A stretch of DNA of 64,000 nucleotides, from assembly GCA_964016885.1 (NCBI GenBank), contig OZ024746.1, positions 6,138,001 through 6,202,000 on the forward strand, in the 5' to 3' direction. Below the pieces are notes generated by a model that did no database searches, had not been told where the DNA came from, and worked only from the letters and a program-made list of their open reading frames with translations. Below, one piece after another: positions 54,823-64,000 of this stretch. This DNA comes from Eledone cirrhosa. Its lineage: Eukaryota. Each line of letters begins with the position of its first letter. The stretch's first letter is position 1. Position numbers and translations under genes: made by a program.

Positions 54823-55416
54823 CTAGCAGTGGTACCCGGCGTTGCACGGGATAAGGTATTGTGAAATATATAACCGCCTTAGCTAAGCTTAGTATTGCCA
54901 CAACCACGTTTGGCAAAGAAGTAAGGGTCTGGTGGTACGTAAGTAAGCAACACTGTGGCTTAAAACGTGAGGAAGAAGTTGTGTGCATTTACCAACTGTT
55001 TGGGGAATGGGTGTGAGATTTGTCTTGAGCAAGGGTGGCAAAATAACCGGAGGCAGCAGACAGCCATACATACAGACAGATATTATAAGGGCGCGTTCTG
55101 GACGCAGAGCGAATTGTAGAAAGTGACGTAATGCAGACAGCCAGACATACAGACAGATATTATAAGGGCGCGACGTTATATGTATGTATCTATCTAAAAA
55201 GAGAAAGACTAAGAATTATAGAGAGAGATCGCTAAATCGCCTAATGCGGTCCCTAGGGCATTGAAAATTTGAAATTTCTTTTTATCAGAACACTGCCTGA
55301 AACATAAGTATTACATGTGTAAAGTTTGAAAACAGTCGGTAGGGTGCTTCTCTAGTTTTAGAGATTCAAACTCACACACACACAGACAGACATCCTCAGT
55401 TTTTTATATATATAGA
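54823..55416 (-). mobile_element. Non-autonomous Helitron
   Basis: 5' TCTATATATATAAAAA, 3' hairpin cccgtgcaacgccggg + CTAG; ends resemble the 48146 family. Confidence 0.8.
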
Positions 55417-55542
55417 TAATAATGCAAGAGATACGAAGTATAAACTAGTGTTTTATACTTATTTTAGTAGTTTCAATTGCTGTCGACTGTTGTAATTATG
55501 TACACACACACACACATACGCACACACATACATATATGTATA

Positions 55543-55575
<33 letters not shown>

Positions 55576-55642
55576 GCTTGTCGGCATGTATGTGATGTAT
55601 GTATGTATATGCATATATATATGTATGTTTGTCGGTATGTCA

Positions 55643-55910
55643 GGTCATGCTACTGGTAACATGTATCCCAGTACAACCTGTCTCATGGTCGGATCGTTGG
55701 CGACTAAACTGGCAACCCCACCAAGGTTTCTTAGTGAGGAGGGTGACTTTGGACATCCTGCAGGACTAAAAGCAAAACCTGTCAAAGGGCAAAGGAGCTC
55801 TTAAGAGTCAATGGCCATCCAAAATAACCGGGAGAGATGACCCCTTAGCCTTTGTCAAGGCAGAATTCTAGGAGAAGGAAAACTCTGATATAGCACCTGC
55901 AACCCTGATG
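55643..55910 (+). mobile_element. RTE-like 5' UTR with a candidate HDV-like ribozyme at its start
   Basis: ctaggagaaggaaaactctga (motif I recognise from RTE 5' regions); HDV-like pairing order at 55643-55712. Confidence 0.5.
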
Positions 55911-56244
55911 GTATCCAATGATGTTGACTTGTTCTTCTTTTTGGTAAATATCATCTTGGTTAAGAGAGTGGGACTGGCTTTGTGCAGTGCCTTTGTTCAC
56001 TATAAAAGCTTCATGGCACAGGCATTGCTTTATATCTGGAGATCTCTCTGCACTTGTCGTCACATGGTACCATGGGCCCAGCACTATGTGTCAATAATTG
56101 TCACAAGTGTAGTGTTTGTACCAGAGTTTTCAAGTCGCTGGTTGGACTAAAAAGTCACACTCGTTCAGCGCATCGGTAGGGGTTCTCCTACATGGATATA
56201 AAGTAGTGGCCGTACTCGAAAACGAGTTGGCAGCCACCATGTCG

Positions 56245-57078
56245 GCATGTATATAATGTATGCAATATATGTAATGTATGTGTGCATGTAATGTATGTAT
56301 ATATGTATGTGGGCATGTATATTATATATGTAATATATGTAATGTATGTGTGCATGTAATGTATGTATATATGTATGTGGGCATGTATATAATATATGTA
56401 ATATATGTAATGTATGTGTGCATGTAATGTATGTATATATGTATGTGGGCATGTATATAATATATGTAATATATGTAATGTATGTGTGCATGTAATGTAT
56501 GTATATATGTATGTGGGCATGTATATAATATATGTAATATATGTAATGTATGTGTGCATGTAATGTATGTATATATGTATGTGGGCATGTATATAATATA
56601 TGTAATATATGTAATGTATGTGTGCATGTAATGTATGTATATATGTATGTGGGCATGTATATAATATATGTAATATATGTAATGTATGTGTGCATGTAAT
56701 GTATGTATATATGTATGTGGGCATGTATATAATCTATGTAATATATGTAATGTATGTGTGCATGTAATGTATGTATATATGTATGTGGGCATGTATATAA
56801 TCTATGTAATATATGTAATGTATGTGTGCATGTAATGTATGTATATATGTATGTGGGCATGTATATAATATATGTAATATATGTAATGTATGTGTGCATG
56901 TAATGTATGTATATATGTATGTGGGCATGTATATAATATATGTAATATATGTAATGTATGTGTGCATGTAATGTATGTATATATGTATGTGGGCATGTAT
57001 ATAATATATGTAATATATGTAATGTATGTGTGCATGTAATGTATGTATGTATGTATGTGGGCATGTATATAATATATA
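56245..57078. repeat. 68-bp minisatellite (~12 units)
   Basis: gcatgtatataatatatgtaatatatgtaatgtatgtgtgcatgtaatgtatgtatatatgtatgtgg tandem. Confidence 0.95.
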
Positions 57079-57123
57079 TAATTGTTTCTACTTTTGGCAC
57101 AAGGCCAGCAATTACCTTGATTT

Positions 57124-57259
<136 letters not shown>

Positions 57260-57966
57260 CTTGTGTATAATGGTAGCTATGGTGCTTCCATAGGTGGTAT
57301 GCCAAAATTAGCACTCAATATTCAGTAGAGTAGAATGTAGATAGTATAAAGAAACGAAAAATCAGTGATGTATCTGGACTTAATTTATTGCGTGTTACAT
57401 ATATATATAGGGAGTGTAACGTGCTGTTACTGTATGTATGTTTAATTGTTCACACCAAACAGATCTTATTTTATTTTATTTGTAAAATAGGTGAGCCCCT
57501 GATATATGAACACTAGACCACTAAAGGTCAATTACTGTATTCCTATATTTTGGATTTCTTGGAACAAAATTTTATTTTCTTAAATTTAATTTATGGTTTA
57601 ATTTCAATAATTTTAGTACTAGAAACAAATAAACTGAAGTCAAGATCAATATATAATGTGTGTGTGTGTGTTTTTCCAAATTGATAATTTAGGCGTTATT
57701 TGGTTAATTATATAAAGATGAAGCATTGATCATATTAGTAGACCCGCCCAAATCAATAAAATGTATGTTTAATGTGGACATCTGTATGTTGACGTTTGTC
57801 TGAGATTGCGTGGACAACGAGGACATTCCAGAGGCTTGCATATTTATGGAAAGTATAATGGGCACATCATTCTGGGAAGGGATCCAAAGATGGAACATTG
57901 AGAATAGAAGAAACGGTTTATTTCAAGTGATCCGACATTCAGCAATTAGAAGAAAGAAAGCGACTG

Positions 57967-60900
57967 GGACTGTCAGCTGGTGGTTATAGTGAGATGGTCA
58001 AGGGAGAGAGACTGTCAGCTGGTGGTTATAGTGTGATGGTCAAGAGATGACTGTCAGCTGGTGGTTATAGTGAGATGGTCAAGAGATGACTGTCAGCTGG
58101 TGGTTATAGTGAGATGGTCAAGGGAGAGAGACTGTCAGCTGGTGGTTATAGTGTGATGGTCAAGAGAAGACTGTCAGCTGGTAGTTATAGTATGATGGTC
58201 AACAGAAGACTGTCAGCTGGTGGTTATAGTGAGATGGTCAACAGAAGACTGTCAGCTGGTGGTTATAGTGAGATGGCCAAGAGATGACTGTCAGCTGGTG
58301 GTTATAGTGAGATGGTCAAGGGAGAGAGACTGTCAGCTGGTGGTTATAGTGTGATGGTCAAGAGATGACTGTCAGCTGGTGGTTATAGTGAGATGGTCAA
58401 GAGATGACTGTCAGCTGGTTGTTATAGTGAGATGGTCAAGGGAGAGAGACTGTCAGCTGGTGGTTATAGTGTGATGGTCAAGAGATGACTGTCAGCTGGT
58501 GGTTATAGTGAGATGGTCAAGAGATGACTGTCAGCTGGTGGTTATAGTGAGATGGTCAAGGGAGAGAGACTGTCAGCTGGTGGTTATAGTGTGATGGTCA
58601 AGAGATGACTGTCAGCTGGTGGTTATAGTGAGATGGTCAAGAGATGACTGTCAGCTGGTGGTTATAGTGAGATGGTCAAGGGAGAGAGACTGTCAGCTGG
58701 TGGTTATAGTGTGATGGTCAAGAGAAGACTGTCAGCTGGTAGTTATAGTATGATGGTCAACAGAAGACTGTCAGCTGGTGGTTATAGTGAGATGGTCAAC
58801 AGAAGACTGTCAGCTGGTGGTTATAGTGTGATGGCCAAGAGATGACTATCAGCTGGTGGTTATAGTGAGATGGTCAACAGAAGACTGTCAGCTGGTGGTT
58901 ATAGTGAGATGGTCAACAGAAGACTGTCAGCTGGTGGTTATAGTGAGATGGTCAACAGAAGACTGTCAGCTGGTGGTTATAGTGTGATGGTCAAGAGAAG
59001 ACTGTCAGCTGGTGGTTATAGTGTGATAGTCAAGAGATGACTGTCAGCTGGTGGTTATAGTGAGATGGTCAAGAGATGACTGTCAGCTGGTGGTTATAGT
59101 GAGATGGTCAACAGAAGACTGTCAGCTGGTGGTTATAGTGTGATGGTCAAGAGAAGACTGTCAGCTGGTGGTTATAGTGAGATGGTCAAGAGATGACTGT
59201 CAGCTGGTGGTTATAGTGAGATGGTCAAGAGATGACTGTCAGCTGGTGGTTATAGTGTGATGGTCAACAGAAGACTGTCAGCTGGTGGTTATAGTGAGAT
59301 GGTCAACAGAAGACTGTCAGCTGGTGGTTATAGTGTGATGGTCAAGAGATGACTGTCAGCTGGTGGTTATAGTGTGATGGTCAACAGAAGACTGTCAGCT
59401 GGTGGTTATAGTGAGATGGTCAAGAGATGACTGTCAGCTGGTGGTTATAGTGAGATGGTCAAGAGATGACTGTCAGCTGGTGGTTATAGTGAGATGGTCA
59501 AGAGATGACTGTCAGCTGGTGGTTATAGTGAGATGGTCAACAGAAGACTGTCAGCTGGTGGTTATAGTGTGATGGTCAAGAGATGACTGTCAGCTGGTGG
59601 TTATAGTGTGATGGTCAACAGAAGACTGTCAGCTGGTGGTTATAGTGAGATGGTCAACAGAAGACTGTCAGCTGGTGGTTATAGTGTGATGGTCAAGAGA
59701 TGACTGTCAGCTGGTGGTTATAGTGTGATGGTCAACAGAAGACTGTCAGCTGGTGGTTATAGTGAGATGGTCAACAGAAGACTGTCAGCTGGTGGTTAGA
59801 GTGTGATGGTCAAGAGATGACTGTCAGCTGGTGGTTATAGTGTGATGGTCAACAGAAGACTGGCAGCTGGTGGTTATAGTCTGATGGTCAACAGAAGACT
59901 GTCAGCTGGTGGTTATAGTGAGATGGTCAACAGATGACTGTCAGCTGGTGGTTATAGTGTGATGGTCAAGAGATGACTGTCAGCTGGTGGTTATAGTGAG
60001 ATGGTCAAGAGATGACTGTCAGCTGGTGGTTATAGTGTGATGGTCAAGAGAAGACTGTCAGCTGGTGGTTATAGTGTGATGGTCAAGAGAAGACTGTCAG
60101 CTGGTGGTTATAGTGAGATGGTCAAGAGATGACTGTCAGCTGGTGGTTATAGTGAGATGGTCAAGAGATGACTGTCAGCTGGTGGTTATAGTGAGATGGT
60201 CAAGAGATGACTGTCAGCTGGTGGTTATAGTGTGATGGTCAACAGAAGACTGTCAGATGGTGGTTATAGTGAGATGGTCAACAGAAGACTGTCAGCTGGT
60301 GGTTATGGTGTGATGGTCAACAGAAGACTGTCAGCTGGTGGTTATAGTGAGATGGTCAAGAGATGACTGTCAGCTGGTGGTTATAGTGTGATGGTCAAGA
60401 GATGACTGTCAGCTGGTGGTTATAGTGTGATGGTCAAGGGAGACTGCGACTGTCAGCTGGTAGTTATAGTGTGATGGTCAAGAGAAGACTGTCAGCTGGT
60501 GGTTATAGTGAGATGGTCAAGAGATGACTGTCAGCTGGTGGTTATAGTGAGATGGTCAACAGAAGACTGTCCGCTGGTGGTTATAGTGAGATGGTCAAGA
60601 GAAGACTGTCAGCTGGTGGTTATAGTGAGATGGTCAAGAGATGACTGTCAGCTGGTGGTTATAGTGTGATGGTCAAGAGAAGACTGTCAGCTGGTGGTTA
60701 TAGTGTGATGGTCAAGAGAAGACTGTCAGCTGGTGGTTATAGTGAGATGGTCAAGAGATGACTGTCAGCTGGTGGTTATAGTGAGATGGTCAAGAGATGA
60801 CTGTCAGCTGGTGGTTATAGTGAGATGGTCAAGAGATGACTGTCAGCTGGTGGTTATAGTGAGATGGTCAAGAGAAGACTGTCAGCTGGTGGTTATAGTG

Positions 60901-63900
60901 TGATGGTCAAGAGAAGACTGTCAGCTGGTGGTTATAGTGAGATGGTCAAGAGATGACTGTCAGCTGGTGGTTATAGTGTGATGGTCAAGAGAAGACAGTC
61001 AGCTTGTGGTTATAGTGTGATGGTCAAGAGAAGACTGTCAGCTGGTGGTTATAGTGAGATAGTCAAGAGATGACTGTCAGCTGGTGGTTATAGTGAGATG
61101 GTCAAGAGAAGACTGTCAGCTGGTGGTTATAGTGTGATGGTCAAGAGATGACTGTCAGCTGGTGGTTATAGTGTGATGGTCAAGAGAAGACTGTCAGCTG
61201 GTGGTTATAGTGAGATGGTCAAGAGATGACTGTCAGCTGGTGGTTATAGTGAGATGGTCAAGAGAAGACTGTCAGCTGGTGGTTATAGTGTGATGGTCAA
61301 GAGATGACTGTCAGCTGGTGGTTATAGTGTGATGGTCAAGAGAAGACTGTCAGCTGGTGGTTATAGTGTGATGGTCAAGAGAAGACTGTCAGCTGGTGGT
61401 TATAGTGAGATGGTCAAGAGATGACTGTCAGCTGGTGGTTATAGTGAGATGGTCAAGAGATGACTGTCAGCTGGTGGTTATAGTGAGATGGTCAAGAGAT
61501 GACTGTCAGCTGGTGGTTATAGTGAGATGGTCAAGAGAAGACTGTCAGCTGGTGGTTATAGTGTGATGGTCAAGAGAAGACTGTCAGCTGGTGGTTATAG
61601 TGTGATGGTCAAGAGAAGACTGTCAGCTGGTGGTTATAGTGTGATGGTCAAGAGATGACTGTCAGCTTGTCGTTATAGTGAGATGGTCAAGAGATGACTG
61701 TCAGCTGGTGGTTATAGTGAGATGGTCAACAGAAGACTGTCAGCTGGTGGTTATAGTGAGATGGTCAACAGAAGACTGTCAGCTGGTGGTTATAGTGAGA
61801 TGGTCAACAGAAGACTGTCAGCTGGTGGTTATAGTGTGATGGTCAAGAGAAGACTGTCAGCTGATGGTTATAGTGAGATGGTCAAGAGATGACTGTCAGC
61901 TGGTGGTTATAGTGAGATGGTCAAGAGAAGACTGTCAGCTGGTGGTTATAGTGAGATGGTCAAGAGAAGACTGTCAGCTGGTGGTTATAGTGTGATGGTC
62001 AAGAGATGACTGTCAGCTGGTGGTTATAGTGTGATGGTCAAGAGAAGACTGTCAGTTGGTGGTTATAGTGTGATGGTCAAGAGAAGACTGTCAGCTGGTG
62101 GTTATAGTGAGATGGTCAAGAGATGACTGTCAGCTGGTGGTTATAGTGAGATGGTCAAGAGATGACTGTCAGCTGGTGGTTATAGTGAGATGGTCAAGAG
62201 ATGACTGTCAGCTGGTGGTTATAGTGAGATGGTCAAGAGAAGACTGTCAGCTGGTGGTTATAGTGTGATGGTCAAGAGAAGACTGTCAGCTGGTGGTTAT
62301 AGTGTGATGGTCAAGAGAAGACTGTCAGCTGGTGGTTATAGTGTGATGGTCAAGAGATGACTGTCAGCTGGTGGTTATAGTGAGATGGTCAAGAGATGAC
62401 TGTCAGCTGGTGGTTATAGTGAGATGGTCAAGAGAAGACTGTCAGCTGGTGGTTATAGTGAGATGGTCAACAGAAGACTGTCAGCTGGTGGTTATAGTGT
62501 GATGGTCAAGAGAAGACTGTCAGCTGGTGGTTATAGTGTGATGGTCAAGAGAAGACTGTCAGCTGGTGGTTATAGTGAGATGGTCAACAGAAGACTGTCA
62601 GCTGGTGGTTATAGTGTGATGGTCAAGAGATGACTGTCAGCTGGTGGTTATAGTGAGATGGTCAAGAGAAGACTGTCAGCTGGTGGTTATAGTGTGATGG
62701 TCAAGAGAAGACTGTCAGCTGGTGGTTATAGTGAGATGGTCAAGAGAAGACTGTCAGCTGGTGGTTATAGTGAGATGGTCAACAGAAGAGTGTCAGCTGG
62801 TGGTTATAGTGAGATGGTCAAGAGAAGACTGTCAGCTGGTGGTTATAGTGTGATGGTCAAGAGATGACTGTCAGCTGGTGGTTATAGTGAGATGGTCAAG
62901 AGAAGACTGTCAGCTGGTGGTTATAGTGAAATGGTCAACAGAAGACTGTCAGCTGGTGGTTATAGTGTGATGGTCAAGAGATGACTGTCAGCTGGTGGTT
63001 ATAGTGAGATGGTCAAGAGAAGACTGTCAGCTGGTGGTTATAGTGTGATGGTCAAGAGAAGACTGGCAGCTGGTGGTTATAGTCTGATGGTCAAGAGATG
63101 ACTGTCAGCTGGTGGTTATAGTGAGATGGTCAAGAGATGACTGTCAGCTGGTGGTTATAGTGAGATGGTCAACAGAAGACTGTCAGCTGGTGGTTATAGT
63201 GAGATGGTCAAGAGATGACTGTCAGCTGGTGGTTATAGTGAGATGGTCAAGAGATGACTGTCAGCTGGTGGTTATAGTGAGATGGTCAAGAGATGACTGT
63301 CAGCTGGTGGTTATAGTGAGATGGTCAACAGAAGACTGTCAGCTGGTGGTTATAGTGAGATGGTCAAGAGAAGACTGTCAGCTGGTGGTTATAGTGTGAT
63401 GGTCAACAGAAGACTGTCAGCTGGTGGTTATAGTGTGATGGTCAAGAGATGACTGTCAGCTGGTGGTTATAGTGTGATGGTCAAGAGATGACTGTCAGCT
63501 GGTGGTTATAGTGAGATGGTCAACAGAAGACTGTCAGCTGGTGGTTATAGTGTGATGGTCAAGGGAGAGAGACTGTCAGCTGGAGCTTATAGTGTGATGG
63601 TCAAGAGAGAGAGACTTCAGCTGGTGGTTATACTGTGATGGTCAAGGGAGAGACTGTCAGCTGGTGGTTATAGTGTGATGGTCAAGGGAGACTGCGACTG
63701 TCAGCTGGTAGTTATAGTGTGATGGTCAAGAGATGACTGTCAGCTGGTGGTTATAGTGTGATGGTCAACAGAAGACTGTCAGCTGGTGGTTATAGTGTGA
63801 TGGTCAAGGGAGAGAGACTGTCAGCTGGAGGTTATAGTGTGATGGTCAAGAGAGAGAGACTTCAGCTGGTGGTTATACTGTGATGGTCAAGGGAGAGACT

Positions 63901-64000
63901 GTCAGCTGGTGGTTATAGTGTGATGGTCAAGGGAGACTGCGACTGTCAGCTGGTAGTTATAGTGTGATGGTCAAGAGATGACTGTCAGCTGGTGGTTATA
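57967..64000. repeat. 39-bp satellite array, >6 kb, continuing off the window end
   Basis: gactgtcagctggtggttatagtg(a/t)gatggtcaa(g/c)aga(t/a) tandem. Confidence 0.98.

Noticed and set aside
57967-64000. CRISPR-like array
   Set aside because: Units are contiguous with no unique spacers; eukaryotic satellite. The same applies to the 30-, 40- and 68-bp arrays.

Overview
AT-rich, microsatellite-dense eukaryotic DNA with no host gene that I can recognise. The SINE families and the (TA)n/(CA)n/(TTA)n/(TATG)n load resemble an octopod cephalopod genome (inference). Almost everything is transposon-derived: R4/Dong-type non-LTR retrotransposons with RT and a restriction-like endonuclease (one near full length), L1/Tx1-type 3' fragments (one with a twin-priming-type 5' inversion), RTE-, CRE- and Vingi-like fragments, many tRNA-derived SINEs with a Deu/Nin-like core, several non-autonomous Helitrons, a decayed hAT transposase, and long minisatellites (30, ~39, 40, 68 and 39 bp units). 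The signal the ORF track does not explain is RNA structure. I found seven well-formed or near-formed type I hammerhead ribozyme motifs from about four or five sequence families, plus degenerate ones. They sit in short ORF-less units next to (TA)n tracts, often as inverted-arm (foldback) elements resembling Penelope-like pseudo-LTRs or retrozymes. There is also a candidate HDV-like ribozyme at an RTE 5' end and a pseudoknot-like leader on the full-length Dong element. All folds were done by eye, and most boundaries are approximate.
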